Positions 1 to 8,863 of a stretch of 34,940 bases of DNA are shown here, piece after piece (the first letter of the stretch is position 1; every line of letters begins with the position of its first letter). The stretch is from Alphaproteobacteria bacterium (lineage in GTDB: Bacteria > Pseudomonadota > Alphaproteobacteria > Caedimonadales > UBA9215): positions 1 through 34,940 of the forward strand of contig JAJRPZ010000047.1 in assembly GCA_024280495.1 (NCBI GenBank). Reading direction: 5' to 3'. Under the pieces are notes generated by a model. It did not search any database. It was not told where the DNA came from and worked only from the letters and a program-made list of their open reading frames with translations. The position numbers and the translations under genes were made by a program.

Positions 1-380
1 GCACTGACATTAATACCAAGAGAAATTTTTTCATTGACTTTCCAAAGGGCGTAAAGAGCAGGAACAAAAGCATTTTCTTTTGTTTCAGCTTTACCAACAC
101 CTGCACTGTTACCAGCAGCAGCCGTAAATTCTGCTTTTGGTATGATATATGTCAATGAAGCAGCAGCGGCAAAACCATTGGCCCCTGTATCCATAAAGGA
201 TGCAGCAGCAATGTTAAAACCAAGGGCTGACACATCTGAAGTCGTTGCACCAGCACCAGCAAAGGCTTGACCAAGCAATGTACTGCTTTTTTCAAGAATT
301 TCAAATCCAGCAGATTGCGCAGGTGCAGAAACCATCAAGGCCAAAGCAGATGTCGCAACTAGTAAATTTATTTTTTTCAT
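1..380 (-). CDS. fadL: FadL/OmpP1/TodX-family outer-membrane transporter, N-terminal part (runs off window start)
   Basis: Not in the ORF track; translated by hand from ATG at 380 (SD GGAGA at 393-389): MKKINLLVATSALALMVSAPAQSAGFEILEKSSTLLGQAFAGAGATTSDVSALGFNIAAAS... Signal peptide followed by the AGF..E.S...LG.AFAG hatch motif. Confidence 0.85.
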   Translation of the reverse strand, partial: MKKINLLVATSALALMVSAPAQSAGFEILEKSSTLLGQAFAGAGATTSDVSALGFNIAAASFMDTGANGFAAAASLTYIIPKAEFTAAAGNSAGVGKAETKENAFVPALYALWKVNEKISLGINVS

Positions 381-520
381 TTTTTAATTCTCCATGTTAA
401 ACACACATTTAACATACTTAATTTTCAGGAATTGCATAGATAAAATTTTCATTATTATTGAATTAACTTAAAGACTATGTAGAATAACCCCTAGAATATA
501 AGTTAATAAAGGACTTTATT

Positions 521-985
521 ATGCACACATCTATTAAAGCACTATCAACGTTTCTAACGGTAACGTCTCTTTTTTGCAGTCCCATTATGGCAGTGGAAAA
601 TAATTTTTTAGGCATTTGGAAAACAGAAAAAAAAGGTGAAGAAAGCAAAACTGCTGACGTTGAAATCAAACCTTGCCAGGCTAATCCAGAAAAGCTGTGT
701 GGTAAAATCGTTGATATTGAACAACGCATTGACCCTGAAACCCTTCTACCAAAATTGGATAAAAAAAATAAAGATAAATCCCTTCGATCCAGGGCAATTA
801 TTGGCCTCGCCATGCTTGAGGGTTTTTCACCTAAAAAAGATTATTATTCTGGTGGCACCATATACAGCCCTAAAACAGGAAAAACCTATAATGCAACATT
901 AAAGCTTAAAAATAAAAACACCCTAGAGGTAACGGGTCATGCATTCATCTTTTCAAGGACCCAAACTTGGAAGCGCGTTAAATAG
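521..985 (+). CDS. DUF2147 domain secreted protein
   Basis: Signal peptide; motifs GIWKT, VEIKPC..LCGKI, D.KN.D.SLRSR.IIG, GGTIYSPKTGKTY, SRTQTW.R typical of DUF2147. Confidence 0.85.
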   Translation: MHTSIKALSTFLTVTSLFCSPIMAVENNFLGIWKTEKKGEESKTADVEIKPCQANPEKLCGKIVDIEQRIDPETLLPKLDKKNKDKSLRSRAIIGLAMLEGFSPKKDYYSGGTIYSPKTGKTYNATLKLKNKNTLEVTGHAFIFSRTQTWKRVK

Positions 986-1013
986 AAACAGAGTTTAAAA
1001 ACAGGAAAAAACT

Positions 1014-1394
1014 ATGTCTTTCATTCAATTTTCAATATTTTTTATCTTTACAGGTTATGCAACACAGGGTTATGCAGAAAAACAACTTCTTTCCCCCAAA
1101 ATGCAGGCTCTGGTAAAAACTGAGGCTAAAAAATTAAAAATCGCTAAAGCAAAAAAAATACCAAAGAAATTTTCAAAAAATAACCCCTATGCTGCGAAAT
1201 TACGTCCCACATTAAGGGAAAGACGGCCTAAAAATACCATTCAAGAGGCAAAAAATCGTCGTCATTTAACAAAGGCTGAGCGTCACAATGGGAGATCCTC
1301 CTATGGGAGATCCTTTAATCGATACAATGTTGAAAAGCAGAGTCCCGCCAGTGGCCTAAAAAGCTCGCCAAGCCAACGACTATTTGGCAATTAA
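1014..1394 (+). CDS. Hypothetical Lys/Arg-rich protein with signal-peptide-like N-terminus
   Basis: 126-aa ORF, SD-like AGGA upstream, hydrophobic N-terminus ending G-Y-A, followed by a terminator-like hairpin. Confidence 0.6.
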   Translation: MSFIQFSIFFIFTGYATQGYAEKQLLSPKMQALVKTEAKKLKIAKAKKIPKKFSKNNPYAAKLRPTLRERRPKNTIQEAKNRRHLTKAERHNGRSSYGRSFNRYNVEKQSPASGLKSSPSQRLFGN

Positions 1395-1402
1395 CTTTAA
1401 TA

Positions 1403-1421
1403 TCACCACCAAAGGTGGTGA
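1403..1421. terminator. Hairpin between convergent genes (probable bidirectional terminator)
   Basis: TCACCACC-AAA-GGTGGTGA, perfect 8-bp stem; no strong U-tract. Confidence 0.5.
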
Positions 1422-1447
1422 GTCCAAGAAATCTTATAGTTAATAGC

Positions 1448-2233
1448 TTAGATACTATCTAACTTATGAAGCATTTCTTTGTACATACTCATACCCTTTA
1501 AATTGGCGTTGTGGGCATTTTGAATGCTAATGAGCTTGGTCATTTGAGAAACCATATTCACATTAGACCCTTCATAGCTTCCTTGTATCAAATACCCACG
1601 TGATTCTTCATCGGGCACTCCTGTAATGGGTACCCCTGATGCTCCCGTTTCAAGTAAAAGGTTATCGTCAATTTTGCGCAAACCTTCATCGTTGGCGAAT
1701 GTTGCAATTTCAATGGTTCCAATGTCTTGCATGGCGACTTGCCCTGGGATTTTAGCTTGAACCAAACCATTTCGATTGACCATAAAATATTCAGCTCCAA
1801 CAGGAATGGTAATGGCTGGTGCCACAACATAACCCGTCTGTGTTACAAGGGTACGATCTGAATTTAAGGCAAAAACACCATCTCTCGTATAGGCAATCTC
1901 CCCCGTTGGCATTTCAACTTGAAAATATCCACGACCTTTGATAGCCATGTGATTAGGATTATCCGTTTGGTGAAGTCGACCTTGGGTTTGACGTGTTACA
2001 ACGGCTGCAACCTTAACGCCGTTACCCATTTGAACACCTGCTGGAACAATTGTGCCCGTGCTGCTGGATATACTTCCCACACCTTTTTTCTGTTCATAAC
2101 CATTAGAAGACCCTACAAGGAGACCTTCTCGAAACCCAGGTGTTTCAATTTTAGATAAATTATCAGTTACTACGGCGATGGCTTCTTGAAAAAATTCTGC
2201 GCCTGAAGCTGCATTATTGAGGGCTGATGCCAT
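1448..2233 (-). CDS. flgG: Flagellar basal-body rod protein FlgG
   Basis: 261 aa; GTIVPAGVQMGNGV, QG.L.QTDNP..MAI.G.GYFQVEMP.GE.AYTRDG.F, F.N..GL..I..NL..ET.ASG.P, QG..E.SNVN.V. Confidence 0.92.
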   Translation of the reverse strand: MASALNNAASGAEFFQEAIAVVTDNLSKIETPGFREGLLVGSSNGYEQKKGVGSISSSTGTIVPAGVQMGNGVKVAAVVTRQTQGRLHQTDNPNHMAIKGRGYFQVEMPTGEIAYTRDGVFALNSDRTLVTQTGYVVAPAITIPVGAEYFMVNRNGLVQAKIPGQVAMQDIGTIEIATFANDEGLRKIDDNLLLETGASGVPITGVPDEESRGYLIQGSYEGSNVNMVSQMTKLISIQNAHNANLKGMSMYKEMLHKLDSI

Positions 2234-2279
2234 TATATTATTCCTTATTTTTTTGTTTCTTATTTTTTAAGAACGTCCC

Positions 2280-3011
2280 TTAAATAACTGGCGTTGACGT
2301 TGCTAACATCTCATTTTTTTTAGATTCAAGTTTTATTGCGTCAGTTATAAAGCGTTGATTGAGTCCATAAATTTTAGACACCATCATCATTTCACTCATA
2401 TTTCTAATAAGACTAACATTTGATCCTTCAAGGGCACCTTGTACAATATTTGCCTGATTGCCAAGGGGGATAGCTGCTTGCTCTGTCTTGAACTGTGTGT
2501 TTCCAGTTTTCTCAATATCAAACTCATTCTCAAAGCCAAAAACACCCAACTGAGCAATAACGCCACTTTCATCGGAAATAGTGCCATCTTGTGCAATGGA
2601 AACGGTTATAGAACCTGGGGGAATATTGATCTCACCACCATCAGAACTCAGAACTGATTCACCACTTAAGGTCGTTAGAACCCCTTCTGGGTTTTTCAAA
2701 AAAGCCCCAGATCTTGTATAACGAATGCCTTCAGCTGTTTGAACACCAAAGTACCCATTGGATTGCAACGCCAAATGAAAAGGGTTCCCAGTGCGATCAA
2801 GGGGACCTCTCTTAAGATCTCGTACGGTGGCGACATCATCAAGGTACGAATAGGTATTAACACCATCACTTTGACCGAGGTGTTCTGAAAAAATGACTCT
2901 GTCTGCTTGAAAGCCGTGAACGCCTGCGTTGGCTGCATTATTTGTCAAAGCAATCATTTTATGATCTAAACCCCGTTGCATGGAAAGGGTGATATCAAGT
3001 GCAACTGCCAT
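2280..3011 (-). CDS. flgF: Flagellar basal-body rod protein FlgF
   Basis: NN.ANA...GF, G.L.RTGNP..LAL...GYFGVQT..G.RYTR.G.F, QGALEGSNV; directly upstream of flgG. Confidence 0.9.
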   Translation of the reverse strand: MAVALDITLSMQRGLDHKMIALTNNAANAGVHGFQADRVIFSEHLGQSDGVNTYSYLDDVATVRDLKRGPLDRTGNPFHLALQSNGYFGVQTAEGIRYTRSGAFLKNPEGVLTTLSGESVLSSDGGEINIPPGSITVSIAQDGTISDESGVIAQLGVFGFENEFDIEKTGNTQFKTEQAAIPLGNQANIVQGALEGSNVSLIRNMSEMMMVSKIYGLNQRFITDAIKLESKKNEMLATSTPVI

Positions 3012-3054
3012 ATTCGTAACCTCAGATTTGTTTCCTTAAACCTCTCTATGCAGA

Positions 3055-4428
3055 TTACGTGCCAACCTTGACTTTATTTTTTACATTTTCGGACTTTATC
3101 CAGATAATGCCAACCATGGCAACCATACCCAAAATAGGACAATACACAACATGGGTGACGATTTCTAAAGGCGACAGACCTGAAATAGAGCTTGCCAACA
3201 GAACTTGTGCGCTATAAGGAAGAAGTCCTTGAAAAACACAGGTAAATATATCAAGAAGGCAAGCACTTCGTTCTGGGGAAACCCCATGTTTTCTTGCAAG
3301 TTTTTTCGCGATATTCCCAGAAAGAATAATTGCAACGGTATTATTAGCCGTGCAAATATCAGCGAAACTCCCAATGATAGAAATGCTCATTTCACCAATG
3401 CGTCGGCTTTGAGTTTTATTGCGGAGTTTTAAGGCTATTTTTTCAACACCATGAACTAGAAACTCTAACCCCCCTTGCTTGTTAGTAAGAAAACTGAGCC
3501 CTCCGATCAAAAGAGAGAGAACTAAAATTTCGTGCATGGAAATAAAACCTTGTGAAATTTGCCCTGCAAATTGAGAGATTGTATATGAATCTTGTGTGGT
3601 AAGACCAATAAGCAATCCAGAAACAATACCTATTCCCAAAACCCCAAGAACATTCATGCCCAGGAGAGCCAGCACAAGAATGATAATGTATGGCAAGACT
3701 TTAATAAGGTTATAATTTCCAATGGAGAGCTCCCTTGCTTCTGGTGAGACAAGATAAAACACTGTAAGAGTTAGAACCATAGCTGGTACTGCAAAATAGG
3801 CATTAAGGATGAATTTCTCTTTAAATTTCGCGCCTTGGGTTTTAACGGATGCAATTGTTGTATCAGAAATAAGAGATAAATTATCTCCAAACATCGCCCC
3901 ACTTAAAACTGCCCCCATACACCAACCACAATGAATATCAGCCTGGTTTGAAATACCAAAGGCCAATGGCCCAACGGCTGCAATAACCCCCATGGACGTT
4001 CCCATAGCCGTGGCAAGAAGGGCTGCGATTAAAAATATTCCTGGTAAAATCAGCGTTGCTGGAATAAAGGAAAGTCCCAAATTAACCGTAGAGTCAATAC
4101 TCCCAATACCAGAAGTCACAGCAGCAAAAGCACCCGCCATAAGGTAAATCAAGCACATAGTGATAATATTGGGATCTCGAACGCCTTCAATGAAATCCTC
4201 GAATTTATCCTCATAAGGGCCCCTACCTATAAAGAGGGAAAGGGCAACTGCTGGTAAAATAGCAACGGCGGCCGAAATTTGATAGAATGCATTGGGTATA
4301 CCTTGCCAAGAAAAGTAAAGACCACTCCCCACAAATAAAATTAAAAAAAGAAGAAGGGGCATGAGAGCCCACGGGTTCGAGGGTGGGGCTGACGTTGAAA
4401 GTGAGGTTGATCTAGAAGTAGACATCAT
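3055..4428 (-). CDS. NhaC-family Na+/H+ antiporter-like transporter (MetT-like amino-acid transporter subgroup)
   Basis: Multi-TM; motifs AMGTSMG, GAMFGDNLSLISDTTIA, ADICTANNTVAI, LLDIFTCVFQGLLPYSAQ. Confidence 0.88.
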   Translation of the reverse strand: MMSTSRSTSLSTSAPPSNPWALMPLLLFLILFVGSGLYFSWQGIPNAFYQISAAVAILPAVALSLFIGRGPYEDKFEDFIEGVRDPNIITMCLIYLMAGAFAAVTSGIGSIDSTVNLGLSFIPATLILPGIFLIAALLATAMGTSMGVIAAVGPLAFGISNQADIHCGWCMGAVLSGAMFGDNLSLISDTTIASVKTQGAKFKEKFILNAYFAVPAMVLTLTVFYLVSPEARELSIGNYNLIKVLPYIIILVLALLGMNVLGVLGIGIVSGLLIGLTTQDSYTISQFAGQISQGFISMHEILVLSLLIGGLSFLTNKQGGLEFLVHGVEKIALKLRNKTQSRRIGEMSISIIGSFADICTANNTVAIILSGNIAKKLARKHGVSPERSACLLDIFTCVFQGLLPYSAQVLLASSISGLSPLEIVTHVVYCPILGMVAMVGIIWIKSENVKNKVKVGT

Positions 4429-4452
4429 AAAATTTCCAAAAAATACAATTTT

Positions 4453-4480
4453 AGTCTAGCAAATTTCGTATTTTTGTCAC
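4453..4480 (-). promoter_or_regulatory. Putative sigma70 promoter of the NhaC-family gene
   Basis: GTGACA-N16-TAGACT with extended -10 TG on the minus strand, 24 nt before the ATG. Confidence 0.4.
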
Positions 4481-4695
4481 TCAACTTTATTAATCTCTGG
4501 AATTCCTTTGGAACATGAGACTCTCAAAAAATAGAATAATTCTGCCTTAAGTCATCGGAATCAGGTCTCCCGAACAAAGCCCCATATATCACATTCTTTT
4601 TTTTGATGGAATCTCTTTTTCAAGCTGTACTTGATTATAAACCTCCCCTAAGGTGTTTTGGAATTATATAGTTAATCACCTATAGGTAAAGCGTT

Positions 4696-5406
4696 ATGAC
4701 TGCAAATAAATTAGACCCCTCTAAACCCTCGGCTATATTTACCACGAATTTTTTCATGAGAGTCGTTTCTTCCATTGTTTTGGGAGGGGGAACTTTATGG
4801 ATGTTGGTCACTGAAAGCCCTTATGTAGCTATATTCATGACGATTTTAAGTGTTATCGTTTTAATAGAATGGTCTAAAATAGTATTTACTTCTCAATTTT
4901 CCTTTCACCGCCGTGTAATTTGGCTTGGATTAGTATCTCTTTATATGATTTCAGGGATTTTAGGCTTTTATGAATTTTATAATTACTCTCCCTTGTTGGG
5001 ACTTTCCCTTCTTTTTATTATTTGGAGTACGGATATTGGCGCTTATTTCACTGGACGTCTTTTCGGTGGAGCCAAACTTGCCCCCAGCATTAGTCCAGGT
5101 AAAACGTGGAGCGGCGCCATCGGTGGTTTTATAAGTGCTCTAATCACTGCCCTTATGGTTAGCACTTATCTTTATGACGGTATAAACTGGTGGATACTGA
5201 GTTTCTTTTCTTTTTGTAGTATCTTGGGTCAAATCGGTGACCTCTTTGAATCCAAAGTGAAGCGTGTTTTTCAGGTGAAAGACAGTGGAAATCTTTTACC
5301 AGGGCATGGTGGCTTCATTGACCGCCTGGATAGTCTTTTCATTATCGGCTTTCTCCTTCTCTTTATCCATTGTGCCATAGGATTCGACGTCATTTTTCGG
5401 TTTTAA
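4696..5406 (+). CDS. cdsA: Phosphatidate cytidylyltransferase
   Basis: W.TDIGAYF.GR.FGG.KLAPSISPGKTWSG and GDLFES.VKR...VKDSG.LLPGHGG..DR.DS signature. Confidence 0.96.
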   Translation: MTANKLDPSKPSAIFTTNFFMRVVSSIVLGGGTLWMLVTESPYVAIFMTILSVIVLIEWSKIVFTSQFSFHRRVIWLGLVSLYMISGILGFYEFYNYSPLLGLSLLFIIWSTDIGAYFTGRLFGGAKLAPSISPGKTWSGAIGGFISALITALMVSTYLYDGINWWILSFFSFCSILGQIGDLFESKVKRVFQVKDSGNLLPGHGGFIDRLDSLFIIGFLLLFIHCAIGFDVIFRF

Positions 5407-5477
5407 AAAATAAATAAAGAGTTCTGGTCGTTTTTCTGATCCTTTGCTATCGTGTTTAAAAATGAAAAGGATATTCC

Positions 5478-6761
5478 ATGAACTCAGCCTTGCGTCCCCC
5501 CCAACACACCTCTGCAATAGACCTGAAAACTATTGACCCAGCCATTGCTACTATCTTGGATCAAGAACTCAATCGCCAGAAAAATCAACTGGAAATGATT
5601 GCCTCGGAAAATTTTGTCTCTCCTGCAGTTCTCGAAGCACAAGGGTCAGTTTTAACCAATAAATATGCAGAAGGATACCCAGGGCGGCGCTATTATAATG
5701 GTTGTGAGATTGTTGATCAGGCTGAAAACCTTGCCATTGAACGGGCGTGTGACTTGTTTGAGTGCAGCTATGCCAATGTGCAACCCCATTCGGGATCACA
5801 AGCTAATATCGAAGTGTTTATGGCTCTCTTGAATCCAGGAGACGCCTTCCTTGGGATGGATCTGAGTTGTGGGGGGCATTTAACCCATGGGTCAAAAGTG
5901 AATTTCTCTGGAAAATGGTTTAACCCTATTGGATATGGCCTTCGTTCAGACGATCAAACCATTGACATGGATCACGTACGTTCCCTTGCACGTGAACATA
6001 AACCCAAACTCATTATTGCAGGTGGATCCGCCTATTCCAGAGCCATTAATTTTAAAGAATTTCGTGAAATTTCTGATGAAGTTGGGGCTTATTTATGGGT
6101 GGATATGGCGCATTTTGCAGGATTAGTTGCTGGTAAACAGATGGAAAACCCTTTAAAACATGCTCATGTTGTAACTACGACCACCCATAAAACCCTCCGT
6201 GGTCCTCGGGGGGGGATGATTCTTTCAAACACGCCTGATCTTGCTAAAAAATTAAACTCTGCTGTTTTTCCTGGGTCTCAAGGCGGCCCCTTAATGCATG
6301 TTATTGCTGCAAAAGCCGTTGCCTTCAAAGAAGCTCTTACCACAGATTTTCAAGACTATTCCAAAAATGTTATTGCCAATGCTCAAATAATTTCAGAAAC
6401 CCTTAAAAATGGCGGTCTTGAGATTGTTTCAGGCGGTACGGATTGTCATTTGATCCTTGTGGATCTCCGCCCTTTTGATTTAAATGGCCGTGATGCCAGC
6501 AATGCACTTGAACGGGCTGGAATTACCTGTAATAAAAATAGTGTTCATGGTGACCCGAGACCTCCCCAAGAAACATCGGGCCTTCGTATTGGCTCCCCTG
6601 CCCTTACCACCAGAGGTATGATGCAAAAAGAATTTGAGGAAATTGGTGCTTTAATCTTGATGGTTCTGCGCGCCCTTCAAAATGGTGATTCATCTAAGGC
6701 TGAACAAGAAGCCCGCCGACAGGTAACTGCTCTTTGTGAACAATTCCCCCTTTATGGCTAA
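5478..6761 (+). CDS. glyA: Serine hydroxymethyltransferase
   Basis: [32 protein letters not shown]-lysine motif [14 protein letters not shown]. Confidence 0.99.
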   Translation: MNSALRPPQHTSAIDLKTIDPAIATILDQELNRQKNQLEMIASENFVSPAVLEAQGSVLTNKYAEGYPGRRYYNGCEIVDQAENLAIERACDLFECSYANVQPHSGSQANIEVFMALLNPGDAFLGMDLSCGGHLTHGSKVNFSGKWFNPIGYGLRSDDQTIDMDHVRSLAREHKPKLIIAGGSAYSRAINFKEFREISDEVGAYLWVDMAHFAGLVAGKQMENPLKHAHVVTTTTHKTLRGPRGGMILSNTPDLAKKLNSAVFPGSQGGPLMHVIAAKAVAFKEALTTDFQDYSKNVIANAQIISETLKNGGLEIVSGGTDCHLILVDLRPFDLNGRDASNALERAGITCNKNSVHGDPRPPQETSGLRIGSPALTTRGMMQKEFEEIGALILMVLRALQNGDSSKAEQEARRQVTALCEQFPLYG

Positions 6762-6787
6762 GTATTTTTAAAACAGGAAACAGACCT

Positions 6788-7258
6788 ATGAAATGTCCCT
6801 TTTGCTCGAATCCCACAACTTCCGTCAAGGATTCAAGGGCAGCTGATGAAAACGCGACCATAAGACGACGGCGCTTTTGCTCTGATTGCCAAGGACGTTT
6901 TAGCACCGTTGAACATGTGCAGCTTTTGAATCTTAAAGTTAAAAAGAAAAACGGCACGTTGGAGCTTTTTAAACGCGAAAAAATCGAATCTGCCCTTCAA
7001 AGGTCCCTTCATAAGCGCCCCATAAATGATGAGCGCATAGAGAGGGTTTTGAATGGCATAATTCGACAACTGGAAGTTATGGGAAATATTGAAATTTCAG
7101 CAGAAACCATTGGTGAGCTTATGATGGAAACCTTGAAAGAGCTTGATACCGTTGCCTATGTGCGTTTTGCCTCCATTTATCGAGATTTCCATGAAGCCAG
7201 TGACTTTAATAATTTCGTTGAAAAAATCGACCTCAAAAAAAAGACTCGTAGCACTTAG
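6788..7258 (+). CDS. nrdR: Transcriptional repressor NrdR
   Basis: MKCPFC..V.DSR..IRRRR.C..C..RFST.E zinc ribbon, ATP-cone, LD.VAYVRFASIY; follows glyA as is usual. Confidence 0.98.
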   Translation: MKCPFCSNPTTSVKDSRAADENATIRRRRFCSDCQGRFSTVEHVQLLNLKVKKKNGTLELFKREKIESALQRSLHKRPINDERIERVLNGIIRQLEVMGNIEISAETIGELMMETLKELDTVAYVRFASIYRDFHEASDFNNFVEKIDLKKKTRST

Positions 7259-7270
7259 GATCTTTCTCTA

Positions 7271-7546
7271 ATGACACGCAATCGTCAATATATGAAATTC
7301 TGGATGCCCTTTGGGTATCATCGGATTTTAAATGATCGATATCTTATGGCTTGGCGTCGCCATGATAATGCCTATGGTATGTGGGGGCTTCCCCATGTAA
7401 AAAGCCGTAAGCAAGCCGATGACATTCTTCGTGAAAAATTAAAAAAACAAGGGGCTAATGTCATTTTTCGTAATGCTGTATATATGGGTGTTAGGACCTT
7501 TGGCTGGATTTTCTACCAAAAGGTAAAAATCGAAAAAAATGATTAG
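7271..7546 (+). CDS. Small hypothetical protein, DUF1353/PLA2-like helical domain
   Basis: HD.AY...RKQAD.IL.E.L...G....RN.VY.GVR.FGW.FY pattern resembles the C-terminal half of DUF1353. Confidence 0.55.
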   Translation: MTRNRQYMKFWMPFGYHRILNDRYLMAWRRHDNAYGMWGLPHVKSRKQADDILREKLKKQGANVIFRNAVYMGVRTFGWIFYQKVKIEKND

Positions 7547-7559
7547 CTATAATAGGCAC

Positions 7560-7600
7560 GGGAGTGATTAACTACCTCTGGGATATTCTTGGAATGAGTA
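7560..7600 (+). repeat. Dispersed intergenic repeat, copy A
   Basis: GGGAGTGATTAACTACCTCTGGGATATTCTTGGAATGAGTA matches 13416-13456 at 33/41 positions, ungapped. Confidence 0.75.
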
Positions 7601-7604
7601 TATA

Positions 7605-7633
7605 TTGAATATAGAATGACAAAGTGTTAAGCT
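7605..7633 (+). promoter_or_regulatory. Putative sigma70 promoter of the hydrolase-P450 operon
   Basis: TTGAAT-N17-TAAGCT with extended -10 TG, 30 nt before ATG 7664 (SD GAGG). Confidence 0.5.
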
Positions 7634-7663
7634 CAGCTGAAAAACCACTCTCTTGAGGCACCG

Positions 7664-8863
7664 ATGTCAACATCAAAAAAAACATCATCCTCCCAAAAGC
7701 CATTCAAACGTACAGCTTATTTTATTAGCGGTCTTCATCCCTTTGGTTTTGAGCATTTTTGGCCTATTTTGAAAAAAGGAGCTCAACAACATGCGCGACT
7801 TTATCCCCGTAAAATTGATATCAATCAAACTGGTGACTGGGACGGTAATCCAGAAGTAATCCTAAGGGCCAAAGAAAAAGGGGCCAGAGACACCATCACT
7901 ACCTATCGCTATATGAAGTGGAATGACCTTGTTATTGAACGCATGAAAGAACCTTATATAATTGCCTTTTTTGGCATGTTATTCATCTTTATAAAAGGCA
8001 TCTTCAATGGTGAAGTACGCAAATTGTATAAGCTTTCCAGGGGATTCGGTAATGGCATGGTTTATGTCAACATTCCCATTTTTATTATTTTGGGAGTTAC
8101 TTTTTTTTCTGCTATCTATTTTTATTCCTCCTTAGGACTCTTGAGTGTACTAATGGTTGGTCTTGGCCTCATTGGCGCCATCACATTGACAAAGAGTTTT
8201 GAAAAATTTTTCCATATTAAGCACTATTATCACCTTTTTAAAATACGTTTCGACTGGAATGCAGGTAAAGAAAAATCTCTTGAAAAACGTATTGATAAAT
8301 TTTCTAACCAATTAGCACAAGCGCTTTTAACTGATGATACCGATGAACTTCTTATTATAGGTCATAGTTATGGAACATTGTTGGCCGTTGATGCTCTAGC
8401 AAAAGCCCTTGATAAAATAAAGGGTAAAAAAATTAAACCAAAAAAAGTTGGTTTAATCACAGTAGGCGCCATTCATCACTCTATTGCTATCTGTAAATCA
8501 GCCCATTCTTACCGAAAATCTCTAGGGACCGTTGGGGGGGATGAACGTATTTATTGGCTTGAACCTTTTTCCCCTCAAGATGGTGGAAATTTTCCGAAAT
8601 GTAACCCCGTCACAGATTTCACTGATGTTAGTCCTGCCTATGGTCCTCATCAAAAATCTATTAAATATAAAGAACTCGTTACTCCAAAGACTTATAAAAA
8701 GAATAAGCATAATTTTTGGCGCATGCATTTTCAATACCTTTATGAAGGTGAAATTCCAGGAGATTATAGTTTTTTCCGTATGCTCTGTAGTGATCACCCT
8801 CTGGAAAAAAACTATGGTTATAGAGAAAAACTCCAGAAAAAAACGTCCAAGGAAAAAAAATGA
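7664..8863 (+). CDS. Membrane-anchored alpha/beta-hydrolase-fold protein, P450-associated
   Basis: Nucleophile elbow IIGHSYG, central TM hairpin, candidate Asp (QDG) and His (MHFQY); stop overlaps the P450 start (ATGA). Confidence 0.75.
   Translation: MSTSKKTSSSQKPFKRTAYFISGLHPFGFEHFWPILKKGAQQHARLYPRKIDINQTGDWDGNPEVILRAKEKGARDTITTYRYMKWNDLVIERMKEPYIIAFFGMLFIFIKGIFNGEVRKLYKLSRGFGNGMVYVNIPIFIILGVTFFSAIYFYSSLGLLSVLMVGLGLIGAITLTKSFEKFFHIKHYYHLFKIRFDWNAGKEKSLEKRIDKFSNQLAQALLTDDTDELLIIGHSYGTLLAVDALAKALDKIKGKKIKPKKVGLITVGAIHHSIAICKSAHSYRKSLGTVGGDERIYWLEPFSPQDGGNFPKCNPVTDFTDVSPAYGPHQKSIKYKELVTPKTYKKNKHNFWRMHFQYLYEGEIPGDYSFFRMLCSDHPLEKNYGYREKLQKKTSKEKK

Noticed and set aside
381..520. Multiple TTAA words as possible CtrA boxes
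   Set aside because: None has the TTAA-N7-TTAA spacing.
4490..4590. GGGGCT.. start on the minus strand suggesting tmRNA, SRP RNA or 6S RNA
   Set aside because: No tRNA-like ends, no SRP GGAA/GCAGC core, no long closing stem.
4580..4595. GCCCCATATATCACA as a possible NrdR box
   Set aside because: The right half lacks the conserved TwG, it is a single copy, and no nrd gene is adjacent.
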